Source of the DNA: Octopus vulgaris
Lineage: Eukaryota
Assembly (NCBI GenBank): GCA_951406725.2
Contig: OX597826.1
Span: forward strand, 83,018,001 to 83,082,000
Length of the DNA: 64,000 nt
Direction: 5' to 3'
How positions within the stretch are numbered: the stretch's first letter is position 1; every line of letters starts with the position of its first letter. Below are positions 14,283 to 28,222 of the stretch, piece by piece. Below the pieces are notes generated by a model that did no database searches, was not told where the DNA came from, and saw nothing but the letters and a program-made list of their open reading frames with translations. Both the position numbers and the translations under genes were made by a program.

Positions 14283-14939
14283 TATGTATGTATGATCTAC
14301 GAAGCTAAAGAATGTATAGAATGTTATTCTTGGAGTTGGGACCCCCCCAGCCCGGCTCCGAATGTTTGCTTTTGTCTTTATTGTGCAGATCCAACCTCTT
14401 ACACAATGCTAGCAATGTTATGGCTAGACGTATGCATTTATGTGTGTATTGTTAGAGTCGCTCTTGAGCACTAATAATAACATGTAATTTGGTACAACCG
14501 CTTATAATGACAAAACCATCAAACCTACCATTTTGGTGATGGGGTTGATTTTTCAAGTCCACTGAGAGAAGAAAACTAAAACCTGTTAAAGCACATAAAC
14601 TTATCAGAGTAATGTGATGGACATATGCACGTTTAAGATGACTGCGTGTGTGTTTTGTCAGGAGGCAGCAGCTTGTGTGCTTCGTTGACATGGAAGACTA
14701 TAGTGGAGAAAGACCGGATACACGGTGGAAAGGAGCATTGTTTGAAAACCAAGAATTGATGATCTCTGCATGACACTTGATTAAAAAGTAGAATGCTTCT
14801 TGGAAGAACAGACATCACTTCGAAACAGTGTCAGAATAAAACAAAACTGGTTCCGATCGATTCATTCAACTACTTCATAAATACTTTCTTTACGAATATT
14901 GTTTAAAGGAAGTAAGAGATCAAAACTGGACGCCATATT

Positions 14940-15520
14940 AAAATCAGAAGATTTCAAAAACGCTTAAGACATATTTATTGCGAGAAACTAATGTAAAGTT
15001 AATAACTATATGGTGATGTAAGTGACATTGATATTCTCCACAAGGCGGCAATGGCACAAATTCCCCCGACCGATGATTTAGAGGTCTTTTAAAAAGACCT
15101 TTGCAGGAATGCTCTAAAAGACACTCTGACACCCAGATGTTTCGTAACAACACCACCTTAAGCTGTATTCACACCCACCAAAGATAATGGACCAAACTTT
15201 TTTGGTAAAATGAAAGCAAATGTTTAGCGATTTGGGGAATGGATATGGCTGAAGAAGCTCAATTATTGTTGCTAAAAGAGGAAATTACAGTTGCTCAAAT
15301 ACGTTTACACTTGGAAAAGACAAATACTGAGTCTATCTTTCGTTAACCGGACGTCAGTGGACAGCATTACATGTGGGAAAAGACAAGCTGAAATAAGTGA
15401 ATGGTTTCCAGTGTCTTAGAAACTGAACAATAAATGCTGATAAAGTTTAGTCAGCAGGTAACAAACTGACCACGGAAACCAAATGTAAATTCCGATTTCT
15501 CAGAGCAACAGAAATGGGTT
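14940..15520 (+). pseudogene. Tc1-like transposase remnant
   Basis: KISKTLK (HTH region), WTKLFW*NESK (cf. WSDESK) and EWFPVS*KLN (cf. EWPxxSPDLN) in the expected order. No TIRs identified. Confidence 0.45.
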
Positions 15521-16172
15521 TGCTGGTGCGTGGTGTAGAAAGATGGACACTAACGAAAAGCTTACAAACTCTCTTGGACAGAGTGTGCACAAGATTACAT
15601 CAAGCATCATTCAATATGCCATGAAGCAAACATCTAAAATCAATGCCGAATCTATGTCTGGTAGCAAGAACGTCATGTCAAGTAAGATTAAACTTTATTG
15701 GCCACTGTTGGAGAAACAAAGATAAGGTGTTACATCCGTTATTGCTATGGAAACCTACTAATGACAAAAGATCGAGAGAAAGATGTCACATTATGTACAA
15801 GGCCAACTGAGATAAAATTCGACTCATTTCTACTATCGGTGATGTGAGGAAATGCGGCACGTGTGCAAATTTCTCTGAAGGGATGTGTGTGTGTGTGTGT
15901 GCATGCTTACAAGTGTGTGTGTGTGAATTTATGAGCATAAGTGTATGTGTGCATATTAATTATTTCATAATTCCTACACTATTTATAAAGTTACTTTATT
16001 TCAATGGTGCATTTAACTACATAGAATTTTAAAAGAAGTACGGCAACGTTTTGTAAAATGTTCATTTCCACGTACACTTGGTGTTGTGAATTAATCTATC
16101 CAACTATCTATTCATTTTTAGAAATAAAGGTAGATAAACGGATAGTTAGGTATGTGACACAGTGTGTGTGCT

Positions 16173-16203
<31 letters not shown>

Positions 16204-18659
16204 ATAAAATAGTTGCATTGTAGTGAACAGTTAGACATCTGTGCAAATAGGAAATTCGAAACATTAAATTTGTTCCAAAGTAATGGAACGAAAAATTAAG
16301 CAAAAGCAACGAAGAATATTTTATAGGAATCTTCAAATCTTGAATCTGAAACTAAACCGTAAATACTAACAAACGCTACAAAAAGCAATTATTATAATAA
16401 CATGGTACCAAAATTTCGTCGAAATTACATACAGAAAATGTTCCGTGTTTCCCATCAGATCTGTGTTAACCTGGAGTACATTTTTTTTTAAATTTTGAAA
16501 GGTCTTTGTGTAAGACAAATTGTAGTTTAGAATGCTCGGATCTCGATTTAAAAATTAAAGTTATGAGGAAAGAGAAACAATGCTCACAGCAGAATGTTAA
16601 GCTGCTGCACAACAGAGATTGATGTCCTGAATTTAGTCTTCCTGAGTAAATGTTATTGTTCTTAAAACTTTTAAATCTACAGAAAAAATTCTCTATTTAA
16701 TAGAAATAATAGAAAGCACACAAGAGTAAACTATTGTTAATCAAGTATAAATGTTGTCTGAGTAAAGGTAAAGTGAGTTCAAACTCTAGCACAAGGATGA
16801 AGTTTTAGGCGAAGGTAAGTTCATCAGTCTGAAAAATGTCGGTTTAATTCAGTTAAATGTCGGTTAAATATAACAGGTTTTCTCACCACAGAACTAAAAA
16901 AAAACATTATTTTGTAACACCGGCGAAGAGAAACATACTTTGCGATTGAGTGCAGATGAAAAAACCGATCTCAGTATTGAGACGTTATTGTATTGACTCC
17001 GAGAGAGTGATTGGCAAACTTCGATGAGATTTGAACTCAGTATACAAAAGAAGGTAAGTAAATATCAGGAAGGCAATATATCAGCTGCTCTAGCAATAAA
17101 TAAATAACACAAACGATCTAATTTAATCTTCGCCTCCTATCTCTATGTAATATGTCAGAATCTCGGTTGTTTGTAATGCATTGGTTGGTGCTGGAACTTC
17201 GATTTTGTGTGATTCTTTATTTTTCTCCTTTCCAATTGATCCAAGTTGTAGTTTCTAAGAAACATATATATTTCAGCGAGGGTGTCAAGAGTTAATCACC
17301 AATAATTATTGACACGAACTGACATTATTTCATCGTTCCACTTTCTGTTTCTGCACATGAACACCTAATCGTTATTATCAAACGAACGGATGAGATGATT
17401 CCCTTTAAGAGGATTAATGTGAGCCACGATTGCTTTGCATATCACTTGTAGAAATATTCAATGCTTCCTCTTTCTCTTCTGCCTGCAGCTTCTCATAGTT
17501 CTTTATTCCAAGTCAGCTTATGTTCGAGCGAGGAATGTTTTAAGATAAAACGAAAAATTCTTACGAATTCAGGTACGATGAATCCATAGAAGTTAAAATA
17601 AAATAAACGTCCCTTTATTTCGTTTTCTTCTTACATTCTGAATGAAATAAGACAAACTATTTATGGGTATTCAAAAGTTTTGGCCATTGCAAATTTTAAT
17701 GTACATTTGAAGAAATATATTAACCGCGCACATAAGATTTTTCACAATATCAAAATTCGAAGAGAATGGGTATGTAATACATTCAATTTACCAGGTATGT
17801 GTTAGAAGATTTTCCTTAATTATATCCAATGGATAGTAAAATTTTGTTGAACTCTAAGATTTGAAGTGAGAATTTAAAAGGGAAGGAAATACCGAAATGT
17901 TGTTAGACATGTGCCCTGGTACAATAGCTTTTGATGCTGCACCAATATTAAGATAGGAAATACAAATTCAATGAAACAATTTGATGCCAAGTTTACAAAG
18001 GATTTCTGACGAGGTGAGATAAAAATCTGTTCAATTGGCCCTCACTTGCATCATACAGAATGGTCAGACATAATATTCCGTGTGTGTATCAGACATCGGC
18101 ATTCTAGTGAACATGCATATACGCACGCTTACACACATATATATACATGCACGCATACATTCATACACACATAGAAACACACTCATTTATACGTGCATAC
18201 GCACACATACCTGCGCACATATATGTACGTACATACATACTTAAATACGGACATATGCACACATGCATACGAATGCGTGTCTGTGTTTGTGTGTGTGCGT
18301 ATGTATGTGTGTCTCCGTGCGCCCGCGCGCGTATGTTTGTCTATAGTTTTACATAACACAGAACTCAATGCAAAAATGTATTCGAATGCCGGATTAACAA
18401 GTTCCACTCTTTCCTTCGATCGTCTGGTAATAAAATTTGGAATAATGTTCATATCAAGTCTTATTGAAAATAAACATTCTTATCTATAATTATCCGAAAT
18501 TCATGGAGTGTAGTTGGATTAATATTAATAACCGGTGAGGCGAACAAACGGTGAAGCTGATGAAGCTGACAATTGTAACGCGATCGATGCTTAACACATC
18601 GTTTAAATACAGTTATTATTCTATCGCTTTCTGTCTCTGTCTTTATCTCCACATATTTG

Positions 18660-18671
18660 TGTGTGTATGTG

Positions 18672-18706
<35 letters not shown>

Positions 18707-18765
18707 GTATATGTATATATATATATATGTATATATATGTATATATATATGTATGTATATATATG

Positions 18766-18796
<31 letters not shown>

Positions 18797-18852
18797 GTAT
18801 ATATATATGTATATATGTATACATATATACATATATATATGTATATATGTAT

Positions 18853-18900
<48 letters not shown>

Positions 18901-18901
18901 A

Positions 18902-18973
<72 letters not shown>

Positions 18974-18975
18974 TT
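18660..18975. repeat. Long interrupted (TA)n/(TATG)n microsatellite
   Basis: Direct inspection. Confidence 0.95.
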
Positions 18976-19853
18976 GTTAATGTTGTGGAACAAAATGATC
19001 AAATTGCTGAATTCAATTTTAAGTTGGAAGTCTTATAAATATGATATTCGAGAAATTTACTTGCTCGGTCAAGTGTGCACTTCTCCGGTTTAAAAGTATG
19101 AAAGTGATTCGCAGCGGTGTCTGCTGGTGGTGGTCATGCATTAACGCTGGTCATATTAGAATATCTGAATCTCGCCGTGTGAAAATTACTTTGTTCATTT
19201 CATTTAAGATTGAAGTAGAATAATGTTTAATATAAAAAATTTTACGTCACATGACATTGCATTTTTTTATAATGCCTTTCCTTTAACTAATATTGTGGTA
19301 AAACTGCAACTAGTCTCCATTCTCTCTCGACTTCTGAACATGCTCTGCACGCGCTATGTATTGTTTCCCTCCAGCTGATTACGACGGAACATTGTGTTCT
19401 GCTGATGCAAGCGCTCGAAGTTATGTAGGCTTTTGCCTCACAGACAGGTTTCATCTCCTTCGCCGTACTCCAGTCTTAGATAACAAAGAAGAAGAAAACA
19501 GAACGAACTAGAATTCACTTAGGGATACATGCCCAGATTCGTCTTTGAGAATTCTAAGCGCGGCAGATAACAACCATCCACTAGAATTGTCTTTCTTTCA
19601 AATTTCCTGAGTTGCATTGTCGACGATCGAACGGAATCGCCATCTGAGTGACTTATACATGTTTATCTTACACGTACACAATTGTGGTTATATTCTCAGT
19701 AGTTTAATCGCCAGTATGTGTGTGTATATGTATGTGTGTGTGTGTATGTGTGTGTGTGTGTCCCCAAAATGTAAGCAAAACTCGAAAAAGCTCATTTTTC
19801 ATTGCACCAAATACAGGTCTTCACTATTCTATGTCTAACTAATCTACTCCAGT

Positions 19854-20100
19854 GGAGGCGCGTGTCTTAATGGTTAGGGTGTTGGACACATGATCGTTAG
19901 ATGTTAGTTTCGATTCCTGAACCGGGTGACGCGTTATGTTCTTGAGCTAAACACTTCATTTCAAGTTGCTCCAGTCCACTCAGCTGGCCAAACTGAGTAG
20001 CCCTGCGACAGACTGGCGTCGCGCCCAGGTAGAGAGTATATACACCACTGAACCCGGGAAACTGGCCCCTATGAGCCTGGCATGACTCGAGAAGAAAACA
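19854..20100 (+). mobile_element. tRNA-headed SINE with V/Meta-SINE-like central domain (family C)
   Basis: A-box-like ...aatggttagg and B-box-like gtttcgattcc, followed by cttgagctaaacactt and ccctgcgacagactggcgtc, resembling conserved SINE central domains. Confidence 0.65.
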
Positions 20101-21404
20101 TTTGAATTTATTCCAAAAGCTGTTTATAAAGCTCTAGTTGCGTCAGCATTGTGTTTTTCAGAATATCAGGGAACTTCATATTGGCTTCTTTATATATTCT
20201 GAGCCAAACTATTCACAAAATAGAATGATGAATGTATTTTTGTCATTCTCGCTTTTTTTTTGTTTTGCTTTGTTTTTTCTTTTGTTTTTTGTAGAATAGG
20301 TAATATATTCTTTGTCATGATTACGAATTCATCAATCAAAATTTTCGTTTTCTCAATTTTTAAATAGCAATGATTTGTTTTTTCTGAGAGCTGACGTTTT
20401 TACTAAGGATGTTCCGTAACTCGAATGTCGTAGGTACGAGTATGCTTTTGGTGCGCGTGGTTAGCTCTTAAATACCTTAAATCGTTGCTCATTGCATGTA
20501 AGCTGCCACTGGGGTCCATCGAATGGTAGTCAATAGCTACATTGTAAAAGATTTAATTTTCTATCCTCTGTAGCGGGGTTTCTTTATTGTCGTCCGGATT
20601 ACCGAAAGTGGTGAGAGCTTAGTTAATGTTATTAACTTATTAAGTTAGTTAATACCTGACAAAATTACTTATTCTTCCTCACCAAAGATTAGCAACGTGC
20701 CCGGTAATTTCGACTCCGATTGCTCCATCTTTTATTTGTTTAAAAGTTTATTGCAAATCTTAAATACTGGATTCCTTCACGTCGTTTTAAAACTGATACG
20801 TATAAAATGTGCGAGCGTGCTCCTCAGTCTATGGGCCGGGTGGGTTGGTCATGGCCAACCAGCGCAGCGTTCAGTTGTAATATTTTGAAGAGTGACACCA
20901 TATTAACTGAATAGAAAACAAGATGGAAAAATATAGAACATATACAAAAATATATAAAACAAACAAAATAAAAGAAATAATTGAAGTTTAAAATGACGAA
21001 GACTGGGTGATCCATGATCGATGTCATGGCATCAAATCATAAATATTAGTGACGCAGAAACACGTCGCTCAGCTCAACAAGGTTAACAGCTTTGTGTGCT
21101 ATTGAAGGGCTACACTGTACATACACAAACTTAAACCTACACACGCACACACGCACACACAAATACATATACGTGCGTGTCTGTGTGAGTGTGTGTCTCT
21201 TGTATATGTGTGTGTGTGTTTGCGCGTGTGTGTGTTTGAGCGCGTGTGTATGTGTGTGTGTGCTCAATTCCAGCGCTAGCTCTGCTTTACTTAGTCGCTC
21301 AAACTTTTCTTCTCCTCCCGTAGTAGACTACACACAGCAGTTCTTGTTTTTGTTGCTTTTCTTTGTGGGTGGAGGGGGGGGCTGTCAAAGAAGTCAATTG
21401 TTAT

Positions 21405-21616
21405 ACTCTTTACTCTTTTACTTGTTTTAGTCAGTTGACTGCGGCCAAGCTGGAGCATCGCCTTTAGTCAAGCAAATCGACCCTGGGACTTATTCTTTGT
21501 AAGCCTAGTACTTGTTCTATCAGTCTCTTTTGTCGAACCGTTAAGTTACAGGGACATAAACACACCAACATCGGTTGTCAAGTGATGATGGGGGACAAAC
21601 AGAGACACACAAACAT

Positions 21617-21677
<61 letters not shown>

Positions 21678-21827
21678 TACGACGGGCTTGTTTCAGTTTC
21701 CGTCTACCAAATCCACTCACAAGGCTTTGGTTGGCCCGAGGCTATGGTAGAAAACACTTGTGCAAGGTGCCACGCAGTGGGACTGAACCCGGAACCATGT
21801 GGTTGGTAAACAAGCTACTTACCACAT
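21405..21827 (-). mobile_element. tRNA-derived SINE, family A (internal TA/TG microsatellite)
   Basis: Reverse complement of the 33375 copy: gtggtaagtagcttg...ggttccgggttcagtcccactg...ggtagacggaaactgaaa...cttgacaaccgatg...aagaataagt. Confidence 0.85.
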
Positions 21828-22629
21828 GGTTAAAATTAGAATATATTTTCTTAGGGAGACATCGAAGAAAGAAAGAGAAACAAAATGACTAATGTGTTTA
21901 TAAAAGCTAGACTGAATCAGTCGATGCTCAATGGCAAGTAGCGAAAACTTCATAATTGCTTTGCTGGTTAGTTCCAGTGAAATCAACATAGCGCTAAAAT
22001 TCAAATAAAAACGTTGTGATTATTGAACAATAAATATGTGAATAGAATTTATGCATCAATTGAAAACATCCTCGTTGTAATTGAAAAGTCTAAGATTTCC
22101 ATGGAGCAAAATAACTCTAGAGAATATTTTTGCTGAATTCTATCGCTAGCCTCACTTCGTCGTTCTCTTTTTATGTCATACAAAGCATCCAAACGCCAGA
22201 CAGACACTTATTTTCTTGAAGCAAATTAAATTGTATGTGTTAGAATCGGAATTTAACATCGAAACATGAATAGCCACAAGCTTATTTATTATGAAAAAAA
22301 ATTTCATCAAGATATTATTTATCTTTGAAATCCACAGCTAAGATTAGCTTTGACATAATTATGTAAGTTATATGCCGATTGATTGCTAATTTGTCATGTA
22401 GAGGAAAGGAGAGGGCCTTCTTGCAATCCATGCTTTATTCTTTAGTGAGACGAGAGGAATGTAACACTTATTATCATTATGAATGTCTGTAATGAAATGT
22501 TCTTTCTTTTCGTTTCAGCGAAGGAGTCCTTCATACTTGTCTGCAGCTGCTATTTCTATAGGGCTGAATCTCTTGATCACAGTAAAATATGCAAATTAGT
22601 GTGTGTATTAATTATTTTGTGTGAAATTA

Positions 22630-22945
22630 TATTTATCTTTGAATTTTATTTATTTCACCCATTGGACTGCAGCCAAACTGGGGCATCGAGCTGAAGGATT
22701 TTATCGAAGGAATCGACACCAGTATTCATTAGTAAAGCTGGTACTTATTTTCTCGGCTCATATGCTGAACCGCTAGGTTGCGGGGACGTAAACCAATGAA
22801 TCCAGTTGCCAACAAAAGGACAAAGACACACATTCATAGATATAGATATGTTTAGTTATGACGAGCTTCTTTCAGTTTCCTTTTATCAAATCCATTCACA
22901 AGGTGTTGGTTGGCCGGAGTTAAAACAGAAGCACACTTGCGGCCA
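22630..22945 (-). mobile_element. Degenerate family A SINE
   Basis: gaaccgctaggttgcggggacgtaaac and cttctttcagtttcc...aaatccattcacaagg match family A. Confidence 0.6.
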
Positions 22946-23748
22946 AGAATTTTGACCAGCTTTCAAACCATTCTGCCCTCCCGTCACTGTAACAAACGCC
23001 CCAGAGTTTGGTACAAAGCCAGCGATTTTAGGGTTAGTTGAATTTATCCAGTGCGTGACTGATGCATTATTTGATAGAGCTCGTAATGATAAAAGGCAAA
23101 GTTCACCGCGTGGGTACTTGAATTCGGAATATACAAAGCCAGAAGAAATGCTGTGTAATCGCTATTAAGCAAGAAGGTGTCGAATATGTTGAAAATGCGC
23201 ACCTTTAATAATGAGATCATTAACTCATGAGATCATGTGCTCATGTGTAAAAGAGCATATATTTTGGTAGCTTTGCATACACTTACAACATCTGTGAAAT
23301 TAGGTAAAGCGTTTATTATAGAAAACAACGTAAAATAAGGAGGTCTCCATTGACCACAACATATTAGAAATATTCAAAGCTGTATAAAATTTCAGGAATG
23401 ACAAATATAATCTTATTCTCCGATTATTTTGACATTTTTATTTACATTCTCGTTATTGACGCCATCATAATTGACAGCTGGGGGCGGTCGAGAATGGCTT
23501 ATTTCAGTCACTATATTAGTTTGGATTGTATAATCGCATTTTCGTCAGTAACATAGTCGAATAAGCACTCAATGCACTAAACAACATTATTTTAAATACT
23601 ATGAATACAGGATGCTGCCAGACGTGGCTTAATAGTTTGACATCCATCGCCCTAATGTACAATTAAATATACAATAATGGAGGTAAACAAATATACTTAA
23701 TCTGTAGTGCTATGGCATCCACAAAATGTGACGTTGTCTATACACACA

Positions 23749-23790
<42 letters not shown>

Positions 23791-24099
23791 AACACACGCA
23801 CGCACACAAACACACACGCACAAACACACGCACGCACACACGCACACATAGTAAGTTGGTAAGAAAGTCCTGTCGCACTTCAAGATGGGGAAGAAACAAA
23901 TGCTCCTTTGGTTTCGATATATTTACTCCTGGCAATATTTCTCCTCGTTATTAATAGCATTAAACCCATCAATTTTTTCAAATAATTAATCCTTAGGGTG
24001 TAAAATTCTTCTTATACCGATTCAAAGAAACACTCAAATAATAAACTGAATAATGTTGCAATGATCTGAAAAGATGATTACCAGATGGAAGAAGGTCAG

Positions 24100-24910
24100 G
24101 CGAGTAAGGATGTTAGTTGCATAATTTTTCCCTGGGTGATTGGGCAATATCATAGACTTGCATTATCGCATAAAAACAAATCCGCGTCACGATTGGCCGA
24201 TGACAGGTGCTTTGTCACCTACAAAGTTTTATGAAATCCGTCCAAGTGATATCAATATTTCTCCTGTTATCTGTTTCGTTTATTTTTCTACCTTTTTTAT
24301 GACGGACGAAACCCTTCATATTTCACCAAACACAGAGCATAGCTTTTTGGGGTACAGTTTTAGTTTGCAGATAGCTTCTTCTTTTTCATTGGATATTAGC
24401 AGTTGGGGTTTTCCAGCAGATGTAATGATTCAAGCCAGGAAGGAATCGGTAACAAGTCAACTCTTCAATAACACACAGATGGCAATCTTTAATTAAGCCG
24501 AGAAGCATTTAGACGATGAAGAACAACCACTGGCCACATTTTTGACATTTTTACTGGGACGTAGACGTGGTCTTAGGATCCAAGCATGGCTTGGGTTAAA
24601 GTGGTTTGCTAATTTTTATGCAGATTGTTTCGATTTTTCTCGACTAGAGTTTCTAGAAGTTCAATATTGACAAAACCTGGTTGTCCGGTTGAAGAACAGT
24701 GTGTGAGAGAAACATTGCCCACGCAAAACTGGCCAAAGCCCCGTTGGCGCGTCCGGCATACAAAGCTTCATTTCCGAAGACAGAATGGATACAACTTGCA
24801 GCTTCCATATTTAAAGATCCCCTTTTGCATTCATACAGCATGAAGTACCTGTTGTAGGTCTGATCTACACTTATTTCAAAACGTGAAGTCGATTCCATTT
24901 TAACCATCAT
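24100..24910 (-). pseudogene. Mariner-like transposase remnant
   Basis: RYFMLYECKRGSLNMEAASCIHSVFGNEAL (mariner HTH1), then GQW..HRL (cf. WVPHEL) and FLA*IITSAGK (cf. FLxRIVTGDEK). Frameshifted. Confidence 0.7.
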
Positions 24911-25237
24911 AGCATAAAATAATGTGTAAAAAAAAGGGAATAAACATTAAAATATAAAAACTATTTTACCGTAAGTGCTACAGAACTACCCTCGTTTTTT
25001 CTTTCCAACCTAAAGGCTATGCACACGCATACGCGTTTGTGTGTGTGTATGTGTGTGTGTGCGTGTGTGTGTGTGTGTGCAATTAATGTTGCATCAGTAA
25101 TACTCTAGTCTGTGTATGCTATATATCAATATGCAGCCCTAGGAAGCATCGACGCTTCCTGTCGACCTTGACACATTTCCTGTGTCCTTATATATTTACG
25201 AAGGGGAGACAAGCACCCCCAACAGCTAGGCCTGTAG

Positions 25238-25281
25238 CTAGAGACACGCATGTTCCTGGGTCTTGCCCGTCATCAGTCTAG
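25238..25281 (-). ncRNA. Type I hammerhead ribozyme, minus-strand copy (core GAAA mutated to GGAA)
   Basis: Reverse complement reads ctaga CTGATGA cggg caaga ccca GGAA catgcgt GTC tctag. Confidence 0.7.
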
Positions 25282-25323
25282 AGTATCAAGGCCTGCTAGC
25301 TGAAGATACCTGCCTAGACCTCG

Positions 25324-25371
<48 letters not shown>

Positions 25372-25590
25372 GGGCTAAATAGCGGTGAGGTAATTCCCTT
25401 TACGTGACTGTCACGTTATGTTAACAGTATACAACCATTCTATCGCTCCACCACCCCTCATATCTCTCTGAGATATTTAGAAATTTAATATTTCTAATTT
25501 TGGTGATCAGTGAATAAATTTCACTGAAAAAATATATATATATATTTACGAAGTCTAGACAGGTATCTTCAGCTAGCAGGCCTTGCTACT

Positions 25591-25634
25591 CTAGACTGAT
25601 GACGGGCAAGACCCAGAAACATGCGTGTCTCTAG
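25591..25634 (+). ncRNA. Minimal type I hammerhead ribozyme
   Basis: Stem I CTAGA/TCTAG, core CTGATGA, stem II GGG/CCC (C-A mismatch at base), GAAA, quasi-palindromic stem III ACATGCGTGT, cleavage after C25629. Confidence 0.82.
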
Positions 25635-25801
25635 ATACAGGCCTAGCTGTTGGGGGTGCTTTTCACCCCTTCGTAAATATATAATGACACAGGAAATGTG
25701 TCAAGGCCGACAGGAAGCATCGATGTTTCCTAGGGATAAATAGCGGTGGTGTAATTCCCTTTATGGGACTGTCACGTTAAGTTGACAGTATACAACCGCT
25801 A

Positions 25802-25844
<43 letters not shown>

Positions 25845-25848
<4 letters not shown>

Positions 25849-26091
25849 TTAACTTACCTGGAAGAGGATGTATTTAATTTGCTTTGCAGAAGCAACTGTT
25901 TTGTTGAAAGTGTATATTGTTGTTAAATGCTCGAAATACGAGAGTAGAAAAACAGCCAACAAATGATGAAGGGTCGTTTTTGATGTTTGTCTTGTATTCC
26001 ATTTGTGTCTTTCGTTGTTAGAAAGAATAGTTCATGTTCCATGTACTCGTGCTTCGTATTTTTTGTTGTTTCGTGACGTCCTGTGCCCATC

Positions 26092-26092
<1 letters not shown>
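25845..26092 (+). mobile_element. (TA)n-flanked PLE pLTR-like fragment with degenerate HHR
   Basis: ctg(g)aagag at ~25858-25866 and taaatgctcgaaa at ~25924-25936. Bounded by (TA)n on both sides. Confidence 0.4.
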
Positions 26093-26094
<2 letters not shown>

Positions 26095-26135
<41 letters not shown>

Positions 26136-26136
26136 C

Positions 26137-26167
<31 letters not shown>

Positions 26168-26174
26168 CATATAA

Positions 26175-26228
<54 letters not shown>

Positions 26229-26286
26229 ATATAGTCTAGATGTACTATGTACATATACGTATGTATATATGCATATATATATAATC

Positions 26287-26327
<41 letters not shown>

Positions 26328-26609
26328 TTGTGTGTGTGTGTGTGTACACATATATATGTAAGTACATATTTCTACATATATGTATGTATGTGTATGTATG
26401 TATATACATACGTATATAAGTATATATATATACATATATGTATATGTATATACATATGTATATATATACATATATGTATGTATGCATGCATGTATGTATG
26501 TATGTATGTGTGTATAAACTTGTGCGCGTGCATCTTAGATATTTACACTTGTAGTTATATATTTTATTCCCACTTTAATTTAAGTGATTATCATCTTATA
26601 TATATAGTT

Positions 26610-26671
<62 letters not shown>

Positions 26672-26697
26672 GATTGATTGATTGATTGATTGATTGA
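26095..26697. repeat. Compound (TA)n/(TATG)n then (GATA)n-(GATT)n microsatellites
   Basis: Direct inspection. Confidence 0.9.
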
Positions 26698-27986
26698 TAC
26701 ACAGATAGACACACACATACCCAAGCATGTTATACATACATACTCAACACAAAACTCACATGTTTACAAACACTGGGAACTCTCTTGGCTCAAAAATCTT
26801 GTCGCTTCGTTAGCGACCAGCTTGAACTCTCCCGAAAACTCCAATTAAACTCAAACATAAATTCTACTAACCTTTAATTACCTTATGCACATTACAATAT
26901 TTTCCCCTCACTTCTTTCGAGTTTTGAGCGCTCTACACTTCTTTCGTTAAAAAATATCGAAATGCATAACTTTGTGGCAGCCATAAAGCCACGCATTAAC
27001 TATTTCTGTTTACCTTCGTCTCCGGTATATGTTTATACATTTGTGTTCGTGTCTCGTTGATTTTTACATGAACAACTTTTTTTCAAATAAATCTGTTGAA
27101 TTTCTTCTTTAGCATTCAGACAATGATATGAAAAGTTCTTGTGGAACATTACTATAGAATTTGTCCTGATACACATGTAGGTAATCGAAACATCGATTTG
27201 ATGTCACAGATCTAAGCGAAGTCTATTTCGCGATAAAGAATTTCAACAGAAGTATTGACTACATTTCGACTGATGTCCAACATATTTCAAGTACACAAAT
27301 TACGAAAGTCGCTTCTAAATGATGATTCGTTCATTAGAAATATTCTTTCTTGTTTCCATAACTCTACATAAGAAATGATTTTTCAATGTCATCAACGATT
27401 TCATGAGCTACGTTTTGAAATATCTTTAACAGGATCAATATCTATATCGATTGCATTGCATATCACGCATAGGTTTTCTAAAGCTGCACATACTTATTCA
27501 TTCACGACAGGAGTTATGAATGTTTGAGCTAAGAAAAATTTTCTCACAACAGAGAAACGGAAGCAATTCTTGGAAATTCATATATACTGAATCCATAGAA
27601 AGTAAAGTATTATTTTCCCCCGACACACCTTATCATTCCCCAATTTACGTACGTACACTTCCTTAGAAATCTTCGCGATAAAGACGAAAAGTCATCATGT
27701 TTTCTTAACTGTTATGAATACAAATTTCCACTTCCTTTTCATATTTATGATGCGAATCCCATATTCCACTGGATGTTAAGGAGAGCAATGAGCAACTCAC
27801 TTTAGTTTCCGAAACAATTTCCTTTATGAATATCGGAAAAGAAGTTTAGAAAGCTACTGATGGCATTCACAAAGGAAAGGCAATATTTAAGCATTAAATG
27901 AATGTGACTTTCACAAACTAACAGTAAGACAAGTTCAGCAATATATGACATCGTAGACTAACATGGCAGCCAACGATCTCTTTTTC

Positions 27987-28054
<68 letters not shown>

Positions 28055-28187
28055 GGTGTGGACTAGGGATATATATATATGTGTGTGTGTGTGTGCTCCC
28101 ACACGCACATGCAAATGCCTACATACATAGAATACTATTTATGTATACACGCAGAAATATATGCATTATGTATATGTATGTATATAT

Positions 28188-28222
<35 letters not shown>

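Larger units (their letters stand above)
25137..25802. mobile_element. Non-autonomous HHR-bearing (retrozyme/PLE-pLTR-like) element, inverted plus partial direct duplication
   Basis: 25137-25327 is the inverted copy of 25545-25735. 25371-25436 is a direct copy of 25732-25797. Units are separated by (TA)n. Confidence 0.75.

Noticed and set aside
19854-19935. tRNA gene (also the heads of family A and B repeats)
   Set aside because: A/B boxes are present but there is no complete cloverleaf, and the sequence continues into a SINE body.
23211-23245. TGAGATCAT repeated, resembling the bantam miRNA 5' end
   Set aside because: No mature-sequence match beyond the seed and no pre-miRNA hairpin.
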